DNA of 64,000 nt from Planctomycetota bacterium (GCA_965662465.1 CBFIIO010000016.1:7587-71586), one strand, 5' to 3'. Positions 10,566-20,421 are shown, counted from the stretch's first letter. The notes: generated by a model not told the origin, from the letters alone. A program made the numbers and translations.

Positions 10566-13500
10566 ATGATGCAAACCAACAACCATTCCCGTGCATGGCT
10601 CCTCGCCGTTGCCCTCGCCGCACTGTCGGCCTGCGATGGACGGACTACAGGTGGAAACTCGGGCCAAGGCGGATCATCTCCTTCGCTCCTTAGCGTCGAC
10701 ATAGGCCGTTTGGTCGACGTGTACTCCTTCCGCCGGATTGACCCGAGTATTAGCGACAGGCGTTTGCGCGTGAATCGTGAGCTTGAATTGGTCGCGACGA
10801 ACTTGGTCATCAACGCGAATATCGAGTCTCAGTCGTTGTTCAATGCAGCGGGCAGCCCTGCCGAGAACGCAAACTACGAGTTCCTGCCGTTCAGCAAGGA
10901 AGTCGGTCATGAGCAGTTGGTCATCCTGTGGGATAACCGTCCAGGTGACGAGCAGCAGAACTTCGATGCTGCATTCGCGAACGCTCAGTCAGGGTTGTCA
11001 CAGTTGCCAGCCTCTTACCGAGGTCAAAACACGCAGACTCGTCCGATCCCGATTGTGCCGCGCAACGCAGCAATCCGACTGAGCTTCAGTGCCCCGCTGG
11101 ATGTGCCGACTGATTTCTTCGTGTCGAATCCAGCTGCGATCCAGTTGCTCGAGTTTAAGGGTGACCCAAATCTTGTGAATCCGGCCGACGCATTCCGGAT
11201 CTTGCCGTATCGCGTCATTCCGCAAGGTGACACGATCATCTTGGACACGACGATTCTTGGCGGCGAAGCAGGCGGTGGGATCACTTCTCCTGGTTTGCCC
11301 CTGTCTGCTGACAACGTCACCGCGAACATTCGGATTGCGATTCCTACCCGTGGAACTGTTCAGCCTGCGTTCTACGTCGATGCCGACGGTGTTGCCGAGT
11401 TGAACGGCAAGGACAGTGCAGATCGTAACTCCGTCATTCGTGACTTCCGTTCTGGCAACCTTGCCGATGGCATTGCTGGTCGCCTTTCCGAGCCAGAGAC
11501 TCCGAAGATTGTTGGCCAGATGGGTATGGGCATCATTGCCCTCAACCAAGCCAGTCGTGTGATCACGGTCACGAAGCGTCAAAACTTCATTCCAATCCGT
11601 GCTCGCTACCCCTTCGTAGATGGACCGTTGTCGAGCTCCGGTTTGCCGCTCGGTCCATTAGCTGTTCCGACGCAACGCTCGCTGCGTTCCGGCGATTTGA
11701 TCGCGCAGGATGTTGTCGTTCAGTTGACGAATGGAACGTTTGAGACCGTGGCGCTACGCGCTGAAGTCTTGGAGAACTTGCGTGTTGAATCGAGTGCGAC
11801 CAGTCCTGCAGTAGGCACCGCACCGGGTGCTCCCAGCGGTGACTCAGGGCAGGGTGAGTTGTGGGAAACGGCTGAGTTGCGCGTCGCCACTTTGGCGCCG
11901 GGCCGTGACTCTGATGGCAACCCGGTTGCTTTCCGTTCCAATGCGACCCCAGAAGGCGAGGACTGCGAGATCCGGGCGATCTACGTTGAGGAAATCCCGT
12001 TCTCCAGCGGTGGCAACGTGCTGACCGACCGTCCGTGGCGAAACATGTTCTTGCGGATTGAACCGTCGCCCGGTTTGAGTGGCATCAACGTCGATCCGAA
12101 CGCCTCGATTGCCATCGAGTTCACGAAGCCAATGGACCTCGATCAGGTCGACAACACTGGCAACCTTCTCGTGACAAACGTGGCATCTGCTGTCGAATCA
12201 TTTGGAGAGCAGATGACAGATCCGAAGCGTGCAACCACGCGTGTGGTTCCGACGCGCCTGACAGATTTGTCGGGTGACGGCACGGTCTTGCGACTGCAAC
12301 CGCCGCTTGGTTTCGCACACATTGGCTCGCTTGATCCCTCTGCTCCGGCAGAGACATACAGCTTCCACGTGCGACTGAGTGCTGGCGGCGTCACCGACCT
12401 CGCGGGAAACGGTCTTGAGATTTATGACGACATCGCCAACCCGCAAGAAGCGTGGTCGGTAGACTTCACTCTCGATCCGAACGCGGACCCAAATCCAATC
12501 GGCTGGCATACCTACATGTTCAGCGCAGAGGACGAAGACGGAACCTTGCCGGGCTCCGTTGATATGTTCGGTCAGTTCCGACTTGAGAACGGTCGCTTGT
12601 TTGGGGCTTCGGGTGTTCGATTCCAGCGTTCGGCCAACAGCAACAGCTTGGCAACCGTCAGTCGCGTTAACCGGGGAGAATGCTGGGACTCCGGTGATCC
12701 AGCTGATCCCGTAGAGAACCCGTTTGGATTCATCGGCACAGCGGCAACAGCTAATCAGACGGTCCTGCCGGCTGCCGGCCCGCCCGTCGGAGTTGTCCCA
12801 GTGGATCCGGCGACGAACGCGCCGCACCCTGGCACCCTCTACTGGAATCCGCAGATGAGTGACCAGATCTCGCCGGCACCTCAGGTTTACGTGGAATTCC
12901 AAACGGTTCCTCAACCGGTTGGTCGGGTGATTGAGCCGTTGAAGCCACAAGGCTCGCGCATGCAGATGCGCTTCCTTGAAGATGACTTCACGCTTAGCTA
13001 CACCCAGCCGTCAGAGTTCGGGCTTGATGTTGAGCAGATGTATTGGAGTCCGTTCAACGACGAAACCGTGCTCTATGACGAGTTCGATCGCTTTACGATG
13101 GCGTTGGGCCACGCCCGATCGCGTCCAGATGAGCGCTGGCTATTGATTCTTGATCCTGCGGATCCGGAAGTTTCCTGGTGTGTCATGGACTGCGCCAGCA
13201 TGGGTTCGAGTTTGTCCTCGAACTTCGCTGACAACCCACTGCAGGGTTCCTCATTGACGCCTGTCTTCCAGGATCGGATCTACACGATCAATCCGAACGA
13301 AGCATTCCGCGATGAGGTGAACACGACATACGTTCCGTTCCCGACCTTCGACACCAGCTATACGTGGCGCGACTCTCGTCTTGTGACGATTGATGCGACG
13401 GGGAACGTCATTGGGCTTGGTGGTGCGCAAAATCCGAATGCCAACGTCCCGAACGATGACGTTACGGCAAATATTGATTCGCCTTGGATCACCTCAGTAG

Positions 13501-14552
13501 TCGATCCCGAGTTTGCTCAGTTCGGTAGCGGCACCTGGGTGCAAGATCCAGGCGACTTTGTTGGCACCAACCAGCGTGACCACGACCCGATCGCTCTGCC
13601 GCTGCTTGTCGACATGAAGCTGTTTGCTGAGGACCCGTCGAATGGCATCGCTTCCGCGACCAATGGTTTCCAGGTAGCGACGCTCGGTCCGCCAAGCGCC
13701 GGTTTCCCAGCTGCACCAGGCGGTTACTACGACACAGCCGCAAGTGGCTGTGGTGGTGGCTACCCCGCATGGCCGCGCGTTCGCGTGCATGCATCGGGTG
13801 GCTTCGACTTGATCACAGGATCGGAGATTCTCGTCGATCCAGCCAATGCCCTGAGCGCTCAGGCAAGCATCGTTAAGGATGCTGGTTTGGGATCGGCTAC
13901 GACAGCGCTGTTTTTGGCGCCCGAGGGTGACGGCATGTTGCATTGGTCACGTGCCGACTTCGTTCGCAAGGTTTCGACTGCGACATTTGGTTTCATTGAC
14001 ACGCTGCAGCCGCAACGCGCTGAGATTGTTGATCAAAACCAATCGGTGCAGATCGAAGACGGTTTCCCCAACTGGTTGGGAGTTAGCCCGCTACTTCGCA
14101 TTTCCGATGTATTGGTTCAGATCGATCCACCTCAGAACCGGCAGCCTGCCGGCACTGGTGTGATTGTTGAACTGCGAGCTGCAGAGACGATCTTCAACTC
14201 CGGAGAACTCTACAATCCAATCTTTGGAGCCAATGCGAGCGACACGCTGCCAGACTTGGGTGCGGTTCCTCCGGACCCGGGCCGCGGTAACTTGCTCAAT
14301 GCAAACTACGCGTGTGAGGCTTACCGCTACTCGACCGCTAATGTGTCGGCTGCACCGCGCGTAACAGCGACCGGATTGACCAAGTATGTCACGGAAGATG
14401 AAATCACTGATATCCGTAACTCCTCGACTGGTCTCTACCCACGATTCCTGAATCCACGGATCGTAATGACCAACAATGTTGATGTGAGCCCGGCGCTGTC
14501 GCCTTCGTTGCGAAGCATGAGCATTGTGTATCGTTTGGCGCCTGGCCAATAG
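10566..14552 (+). CDS. Giant secreted lipoprotein (1328 aa), Ig-like-domain family type I; paralog of 2612..6538
   Basis: Lipobox AALSA-C. Shares GRLVDVY, VPRNAAxRLSFSAPL, RDFRSGN, FTKPxD, DLAGN and D(I/V)EQMYW with the first gene. Confidence 0.8.
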   Translation: MMQTNNHSRAWLLAVALAALSACDGRTTGGNSGQGGSSPSLLSVDIGRLVDVYSFRRIDPSISDRRLRVNRELELVATNLVINANIESQSLFNAAGSPAENANYEFLPFSKEVGHEQLVILWDNRPGDEQQNFDAAFANAQSGLSQLPASYRGQNTQTRPIPIVPRNAAIRLSFSAPLDVPTDFFVSNPAAIQLLEFKGDPNLVNPADAFRILPYRVIPQGDTIILDTTILGGEAGGGITSPGLPLSADNVTANIRIAIPTRGTVQPAFYVDADGVAELNGKDSADRNSVIRDFRSGNLADGIAGRLSEPETPKIVGQMGMGIIALNQASRVITVTKRQNFIPIRARYPFVDGPLSSSGLPLGPLAVPTQRSLRSGDLIAQDVVVQLTNGTFETVALRAEVLENLRVESSATSPAVGTAPGAPSGDSGQGELWETAELRVATLAPGRDSDGNPVAFRSNATPEGEDCEIRAIYVEEIPFSSGGNVLTDRPWRNMFLRIEPSPGLSGINVDPNASIAIEFTKPMDLDQVDNTGNLLVTNVASAVESFGEQMTDPKRATTRVVPTRLTDLSGDGTVLRLQPPLGFAHIGSLDPSAPAETYSFHVRLSAGGVTDLAGNGLEIYDDIANPQEAWSVDFTLDPNADPNPIGWHTYMFSAEDEDGTLPGSVDMFGQFRLENGRLFGASGVRFQRSANSNSLATVSRVNRGECWDSGDPADPVENPFGFIGTAATANQTVLPAAGPPVGVVPVDPATNAPHPGTLYWNPQMSDQISPAPQVYVEFQTVPQPVGRVIEPLKPQGSRMQMRFLEDDFTLSYTQPSEFGLDVEQMYWSPFNDETVLYDEFDRFTMALGHARSRPDERWLLILDPADPEVSWCVMDCASMGSSLSSNFADNPLQGSSLTPVFQDRIYTINPNEAFRDEVNTTYVPFPTFDTSYTWRDSRLVTIDATGNVIGLGGAQNPNANVPNDDVTANIDSPWITSVVDPEFAQFGSGTWVQDPGDFVGTNQRDHDPIALPLLVDMKLFAEDPSNGIASATNGFQVATLGPPSAGFPAAPGGYYDTAASGCGGGYPAWPRVRVHASGGFDLITGSEILVDPANALSAQASIVKDAGLGSATTALFLAPEGDGMLHWSRADFVRKVSTATFGFIDTLQPQRAEIVDQNQSVQIEDGFPNWLGVSPLLRISDVLVQIDPPQNRQPAGTGVIVELRAAETIFNSGELYNPIFGANASDTLPDLGAVPPDPGRGNLLNANYACEAYRYSTANVSAAPRVTATGLTKYVTEDEITDIRNSSTGLYPRFLNPRIVMTNNVDVSPALSPSLRSMSIVYRLAPGQ

Positions 14553-14567
14553 GCCGCCATTAGCCTG

Positions 14568-14645
14568 ACGCTTGTCAGGCACGCTTGTCAGGCAATGTTG
14601 TCAGGCAATGTTGTCGGGCAATGCTGACAGGCAATGCTGACAGGC
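14568..14645. repeat. Six tandem 13-bp repeats (acgcttgtcaggc / aatgttgtcaggc / aatgctgacaggc)
   Basis: Units read directly at 14568, 14581, 14594, 14607, 14620 and 14633. The first unit forms a hairpin gcctgac-gctt-gtcaggc (14563-14580). Confidence 0.9.
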
Positions 14646-14835
14646 ATTGCGTCGTGCGCAACATCCATTCGGGCCGCCCAACGGGTGGCCCGTTTGTCAT
14701 TGTGCATTCGGTGTCAATGGTCGCTGACGCAAGGTGCCGGTTGACTGGGCGATCCGGGAGCATTTCGACAGACGGCACGTTTATGAGTTGGCTTTTGGGT
14801 ATGTGACTCTCTCTCCGATACCATGAGCAACACAC

Positions 14836-16695
14836 ATGGCTTCCCATCGGCCGAAACTCTTATTGCTCCTGACTCTGCCCCTTCTCGCAGGGATGTCGGC
14901 TTGTTTGGGGAAGAAGTCTGTTGGGGTGTCCCTATCGATTGATCGCACTTCGCCGGCTCTAGATGATCCTTCGAAGCCAGTGCTGCTCAACGAGGCCCTG
15001 ACGATCTACTTCAGCGAGCCGATTCTGCCGACGAGCGTCACTTCCGATTCGGTCTCATTGATTGATGAGTCTGGGCATAAGGTTCCAGGGCAACTTCGAG
15101 CCGGTAAAGCGGGCAATGATTGGGTTCAGTTTGTCCCAGATCCGCCTCTTGCTGCGGATTTAGATGACGGCTCCTTTCGACCGGGAGCTCATTACCGTTT
15201 GGTCTTTACCGGACGGGGGCGTGTCGATCGCGTTAAGTCACAGGATGGCCGTCGTTCGCTAGCCGACCTCCATTCATTTGATATCTACATCGCAGATCGC
15301 AACCAAGCTCCAGTTGGGTTGCCGTCAATCTTGCGTCCGCCAGCCAGTGATTTGCCGCTGATGATGCGAACATCGGACGGCCCAGTACACGTTGCCGCAG
15401 ACGTGCCGCGGTTGTTGCTGCATTTCACATTGCCAATATTGCCGACGAGTTTGCGGTCAGAAGCGTTTCGAATCCGCCTGCAAGACGGCGGTATTTTGGT
15501 GCCTCGAGGTATTCGGGCAGTGCCGTCTCCATTCGACAAATTGGACTTCCCAGGAAGTACCATTGAAATCGATCTTGGCTCGGTGCCGCGGTTAGAAGAT
15601 GGCACGCCGCGTCCTCTTACAGAAATGGATTTCATCAGCGTTGTTCTGGTCAGCGAAGGCGGGCTGGTCGACTACGCCGGTCGTTCGCCGTTACCAGGCA
15701 CTCATTATTGGAGTGTGGTCGAAGGTCGGAGTGTGCCCATTTGCAGTTGGCCCGACGGTGAGCAGTATTACTCCAGCGAAGATCAGCTGCACGCGGGCTT
15801 CGAGGTTCGCGGTGCCAATATTGTGCCTAAGGTGCGCGTCGAGGCTGGCAATGGCAGTCTAGGAGCATTCTGGCCGACGAAGGATATCACGCTCAGAACC
15901 GGTGAGTCTTTTGACCGCGGCGACGGAGTTCGAGTGGTCAGCTCTGGGCCAGATTTCCACTTTGCATCGATCAATATCCCCGCGGATGTCACTGTGACGG
16001 TTGATGCAAGCAGTGGTCCTGTGCGCCTGCTTGCGACCGGCGGCATGCGTCTGGCAGGCTCGCTTAGTCTGAATGGCCCAGCGACTGCGTTACCAGCGCG
16101 AGCTTTCATATCCCGCCCGGTCGCTGATTTGATCAGCAGCGCAAGGGTTGCATTGGTCGCCGCTGGGGACCTGCAGGTCTACGGAGATATCACCAGTTCG
16201 GCTAGCATTTCCGAATCCGAGACCCCTTTGTTGCTGGCTACTGCTGGTTGGCTGCGGCTTCACGGCGAACTGCCGTTCCAGAGTGTGTTGGTTGTCGACC
16301 CAGCCGATCGTGGTGGGTGGCATATTGAGGGGGTTCGTGGCCAATCCAAGCCGTATCCAGCGGCGTTTACCGTAGGGCTTGCCGCCGGTGCTGAAATCGC
16401 GTTCCAGGGCCTGCTCCCATGGCGTCAGTTGCCGTCACACCTCGACAGTGGCGTGCTCCAGATTGGTGATGTGCCGAGTGAGTTGGCTGTCGAGTGGCAG
16501 GCTACGGCGGCTGATGCGATTCGTCGGGAGCTTCCAGACCTAAGAACTGACCGTATCGGTCGCTGGCAGCCGGCCAGAGACCGTGACGTTCTTGTCGTCG
16601 GTGGCGGTGGATTTGTTCGTTTGAAGCTGAGTGCCAGGGTCCGTGAGGGCGAGATACTGCCTAGCATTCGTGAATTGCGACTCGTTGAGAACTAG
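14836..16695 (+). CDS. Lipoprotein (619 aa) with Big_5-like Ig domain; short type II family member without polyglycine tracts
   Basis: Lipobox AGMSA-C. LTIYFSEPILPTSV...VQFVPD...FRPGAHYRL. FHFASINIP module shared with the type II paralogs. Ends PSIRELRLVEN. Confidence 0.78.
   Translation: MASHRPKLLLLLTLPLLAGMSACLGKKSVGVSLSIDRTSPALDDPSKPVLLNEALTIYFSEPILPTSVTSDSVSLIDESGHKVPGQLRAGKAGNDWVQFVPDPPLAADLDDGSFRPGAHYRLVFTGRGRVDRVKSQDGRRSLADLHSFDIYIADRNQAPVGLPSILRPPASDLPLMMRTSDGPVHVAADVPRLLLHFTLPILPTSLRSEAFRIRLQDGGILVPRGIRAVPSPFDKLDFPGSTIEIDLGSVPRLEDGTPRPLTEMDFISVVLVSEGGLVDYAGRSPLPGTHYWSVVEGRSVPICSWPDGEQYYSSEDQLHAGFEVRGANIVPKVRVEAGNGSLGAFWPTKDITLRTGESFDRGDGVRVVSSGPDFHFASINIPADVTVTVDASSGPVRLLATGGMRLAGSLSLNGPATALPARAFISRPVADLISSARVALVAAGDLQVYGDITSSASISESETPLLLATAGWLRLHGELPFQSVLVVDPADRGGWHIEGVRGQSKPYPAAFTVGLAAGAEIAFQGLLPWRQLPSHLDSGVLQIGDVPSELAVEWQATAADAIRRELPDLRTDRIGRWQPARDRDVLVVGGGGFVRLKLSARVREGEILPSIRELRLVEN
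16290..16328 (+). repeat. 39-bp dispersed repeat, copy 1 (encodes VVDPADRGGWHI)
   Basis: ggttgtcgacccagccgatcgtggtgggtggcatattga, 37/39 identical to 46205..46243. Confidence 0.92.
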
Positions 16696-16855
16696 CGATT
16701 GCTGGAATCGGTTCGGCGGGACCGTATACTGTTGGCAGCCAACGGGCGGTCAGACGCATCATAGGTCAGTATGATGTGGCGGCCATAGGGGTCGCGTCCC
16801 ATCGGCAAACGGTCAGTCAGTAGCTCGCGCGCGCGCGGCTTTCGCAAGGTTGTAC

Positions 16856-17830
16856 ATGAACACGGCAGTGTTCCAAATCGGAGCTGCTCTGCTTGGGGCG
16901 TGCATCGGTTCATTTCTGAATGTCGTCATTTGGCGGCTGCCTCAGGATGACCGTGCTCGTCGTAATCTTGGCGGTCGGTCATATTGTCCTGGTTGTGGCA
17001 AGATGATCCGATGGAACCACAATGTGCCGGTGTTCGGTTGGCTGTTCCTGCGCGGCAAAGCTGCATGCTGCGGCACCCGTATTTCCTTTCGTTATCCGTT
17101 CGTCGAGTTGCTGACTGCCGCCTTGTTCTACGCGTTGGCGGCGTGGCCCCCGTTCGGTTCGGCGCTCGTAACAGATGCGGTCACTGGCTTGGTGACGATT
17201 GACGCCGCCGCGATGGGCGCGTTTGTCGCGAGTGTGATCTTTGCCTCGATGCTCGTCGCTCTGACGTTCATCGATTTCGACACGTATCTGTTGCCCGACG
17301 CGTTAACCAAACCAGGCATGGTGATTGGCCTAGTCGCAGGCGTTTGGCCCGGCGTTGCCGGCATGATGTCACTCGACGCGATAGATTCGCCCGAATTGGT
17401 TCCATCGATGATTGCGACTGTGAGCGGTCTTTTGGTCGGTGGCGGTGTGACGTGGGGGGTGCGCATTGCCGGCAGTGCCGTCTTTAAAAAAGAGGCAATG
17501 GGCTTTGGCGACGTCAAGCTGATGGCAATGATCGGTGCGTTCGTCGGTTGGCAGGGTAGCTTGTTGACGTTGTTCCTTGGCTGCGTCTTCGGCGCCATTG
17601 TTGGCAGTGTCTTGACCTTGCGTAGCGGCAATGCTCGCATCCCCTTTGGTCCTTATTTGGCCATGGGGGCGATCGTCACGCTGTTTGGTCAGGGACCAAT
17701 CCTTACTTGGTTATTTGTCGACTGGCCAGCATGGCAGCGCGACAACCCATCGTCAGTGTTCGCAGTGCTCGGAATTGGCCTGTGCGCATTGGTTGCTCTT
17801 CTATGGATCATCCGTCGAGGTCGGCGTTGA
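16856..17830 (+). CDS. pilD: Prepilin peptidase (A24) / N-methyltransferase
   Basis: GSFLNVVIWRLP, RSYCPGC, NVPVFGWLFLRG, ISFRYPFVELLT, catalytic Asp motifs FIDFD and GFGDVKL, and IPFGPYL. Start placed at ATG 16856 after aaggt (track TTG 16850). Confidence 0.95.
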   Translation: MNTAVFQIGAALLGACIGSFLNVVIWRLPQDDRARRNLGGRSYCPGCGKMIRWNHNVPVFGWLFLRGKAACCGTRISFRYPFVELLTAALFYALAAWPPFGSALVTDAVTGLVTIDAAAMGAFVASVIFASMLVALTFIDFDTYLLPDALTKPGMVIGLVAGVWPGVAGMMSLDAIDSPELVPSMIATVSGLLVGGGVTWGVRIAGSAVFKKEAMGFGDVKLMAMIGAFVGWQGSLLTLFLGCVFGAIVGSVLTLRSGNARIPFGPYLAMGAIVTLFGQGPILTWLFVDWPAWQRDNPSSVFAVLGIGLCALVALLWIIRRGRR

Positions 17831-17954
17831 TTCATCTTTTCTATCCACGAGTTGCGCTGTGCATGATTGTGCGCATGTTCGTTGCTCTGTATTTCATTCG
17901 TTCGCTTGTTCTCGACAGTCTGTGTTCGACAGCTGTATCCGTCTGGGAGGCACC

Positions 17955-18587
17955 ATGAAGTTCCGTAAGGCATTGCTCATTCTTTCGCTCGTAGCTACGT
18001 CGCTTGCGACTAGTTGCACCACTCGTTACCAGGACATGTTGAGGGATCGTGATAATCAGATCCGTTCGCTCAGTGGCGATCTGGCGCGCATGCGCGGTGA
18101 GAACGAAGAGCTGCAAAACCGTCTGGTATCGACGCCGAGTCCGGCACCGATGGCAGAATCAGCCGATCTCCTGACCGATCTTCGGCGTGATCTCGGCGAC
18201 GATGCTGATGTTAGCTACCGCCGTGGTCGCATCAGTATCGGCGTCAACAATCGGGTCACCTTTGACTCTGGTAGCACACGCTTGAAGGCTTCGTCTCACA
18301 AGGTGCTGCGCAGTGTTGCCGCGGTGTTGAAGTCGCAGTTTGAAGGCCGTCGGTTCTTCATTGAGGGCCACACCGATACTGATCCAATTAGCAAAACGAA
18401 GGACAAGTATTCGAGCAACCGCGACTTGTCGTCAAAGCGCGCTGATGCAGTAGCTCAATATCTCGTGTCACAAGGCGTATCTGAGTCGGCGATTGTTGTT
18501 GTTGGTTATGGCGAGTTCGATCCTTTGGACTCCAAAAGGAAGGCAGCTAATCGTCGTGTAGAGATCGTCGTCGGCGACATGCTCTAG
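17955..18587 (+). CDS. OmpA/MotB-family peptidoglycan-binding lipoprotein with coiled coil
   Basis: RBS ggagg, then MKFRK...ATS-C lipobox, a coiled coil, and IEGHTD...NRDLSSKRADAV...GYGE...NRRVEI. The track start 17631 is over-extended. Confidence 0.88.
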   Translation: MKFRKALLILSLVATSLATSCTTRYQDMLRDRDNQIRSLSGDLARMRGENEELQNRLVSTPSPAPMAESADLLTDLRRDLGDDADVSYRRGRISIGVNNRVTFDSGSTRLKASSHKVLRSVAAVLKSQFEGRRFFIEGHTDTDPISKTKDKYSSNRDLSSKRADAVAQYLVSQGVSESAIVVVGYGEFDPLDSKRKAANRRVEIVVGDML

Positions 18588-19302
18588 GCCTCAATAGGTC
18601 TTTCATGTGCCGTTGTGTGCGAACTCAATTCGCGTAGATGAAAGGGCCGACCAAACGGGCGTTGTCGATCGGTTGCATCGGCATGTCGGTCATGGCTGTG
18701 AATATCCTTTGGATAGCAAGGGCCGGATAGCCGTAGGTTCATCCAGCGGTCATGGTCATTTGTAGGCATAAGGGCTGTGTAGCTGGCTGCGTAGTGGTCC
18801 AGTTCGATCCAGGCGCACCGGCTGATCTCGGCACCGCAGATGATGCTCCGCACGTTTGAATGACTAGCCGCTGTGGTTGCCGAGGCCCTTCGGCAGCCAA
18901 TTGGTTGGTCGTTGGCCGGCGATTTCGAGGCGATTGTCTCGGATAGTTACTCGTCGCCAAGTGCACGAAACTAGGGTTTGGTAGCCGCCTCGAATGTGTC
19001 GATTTATTCGACAGGATCGCGTTTGGTTACGGGGTCAGGCAGCTTGGAGCCGCAGCTGTTGGGTCACAACTCTTGCTGCTAATGGGCTTTACGGGTGTGG
19101 TGCTCATCCAGGCTAGAGTCTCATTCGACTCGCTGGGGTGGGGCATTTTGGTGCGCAGCGACCATGACAATGGGCACCCCCGCACAAGAACTGGGGTCAT
19201 TTTGTAAGACGGTCGATCATGGTCCTAAATCCATATGGCCTCGTGCGCCGATACCCATAGCGATCAGTCAAGTCGGCTGATTGAGCACAGGAGCGCGACA
19301 GC

Positions 19303-20418
19303 ATGGTCTCTATGGAAGAACTGCTGAACCTGATGGTTCAGCGTGGTGGTTCTGACCTTCATCTTTCCGTTGGTTCCCCGCCACGGATCCGTGTCGACGG
19401 CAAGTTGATCGATACGGAATACGAACCTCTGATGCCGGAGGCGACGAAGAAACTCGTGTACTCAGTGCTCGGCGCCGACCAAGTTGCCAAGTTCGAGAAG
19501 AATCTCGAACTCGACTTCTCATTTGGAGTCGCGAATCTTGGTCGCTTCCGTACTAACGCATTCGTGCAGCGCAGCACAGTAGCCGCTGTCTTGCGCGTGA
19601 TCCCGTTCGAGGTTCATGACTTTGACGCGATCGGATTGCCGGTTTCTGTTTGCGAGCAAATCTGCAGTCTGCCGCGCGGGCTGGTTCTTTGCACAGGCTC
19701 AACCGGTTCTGGCAAATCGACGACCTTGGCCTCCATGGTCAATTACATCAACGAGCAGCGGCAGGGTCACATTGTCACGATTGAAGATCCAATCGAGTTT
19801 TTGCATCGCAATAAGGGCTGCCTCATCAATCAGCGTGAAGTCGGTGGGGATACGCACGGATTTGGAAAGGCACTGAAGTCGGTCTTACGTCAAGACCCCG
19901 ACGTCGTCCTGGTCGGCGAGATGCGTGATCTTGAGACTATCGAGGCGGCGCTGACTTTGGCTGAAACTGGTCACTTGACGTTTGCGACACTGCATACATC
20001 CGACGTTACACAGACAGTTAATCGCATCGTCGATGTGTTCCCTGCGCATCAGCAGCAACAGATCCGCACGATGCTGTCTTTCACATTGCAGGCAATCATT
20101 TGTCAGCAACTAGTGCCGAAGCAGCACGGCAAGGGACGGGCTTTGGCTGCTGAGGTGATGATTGCGAATCCGGCAATCCGCGCTTTGGTTCGCGATAACA
20201 AATCGCATCAGATCATGTCGATTCTTCAGACCAGTGCACAGTTAGGCATGAAGACCATGAACCAGTCGTTGTTCGAGCTTTATCGCGCTGGCACGGTTTC
20301 GTTCGAGGATGCGATTGCGCACACCAGTGACGAAGGCGACTTCCAACGTTTGATGGAGCGGGCAGGAATCAGTAACGCTGGTTCTACCTTGGTCGGAAGT
20401 GGGAGGCGTTCGCTCTAA
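19303..20418 (+). CDS. pilT: Type IV pilus retraction ATPase
   Basis: SDLHLSVGSPP, Walker A GSTGSGKST, TIEDPIE, LRQDPDVVLVGEMRD, GHLTFATLH, and an AIRNLIRE-like motif AIRALVRD. Confidence 0.95.
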   Translation: MVSMEELLNLMVQRGGSDLHLSVGSPPRIRVDGKLIDTEYEPLMPEATKKLVYSVLGADQVAKFEKNLELDFSFGVANLGRFRTNAFVQRSTVAAVLRVIPFEVHDFDAIGLPVSVCEQICSLPRGLVLCTGSTGSGKSTTLASMVNYINEQRQGHIVTIEDPIEFLHRNKGCLINQREVGGDTHGFGKALKSVLRQDPDVVLVGEMRDLETIEAALTLAETGHLTFATLHTSDVTQTVNRIVDVFPAHQQQQIRTMLSFTLQAIICQQLVPKQHGKGRALAAEVMIANPAIRALVRDNKSHQIMSILQTSAQLGMKTMNQSLFELYRAGTVSFEDAIAHTSDEGDFQRLMERAGISNAGSTLVGSGRRSL

Positions 20419-20421
20419 GCC

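Noticed and set aside
17631-17954. N-terminal extensions in the ORF track (17631, 26400, 34222, 46522, 59248, 61017, 62116)
   Set aside because: They overlap upstream genes or lack coding character. Downstream starts give an RBS, signal peptide or conserved N-terminus.
18770-18825. tRNA-like gttcgatcc motif
   Set aside because: The T-arm stem does not pair, and there is no acceptor stem or anticodon arm at the right spacing.
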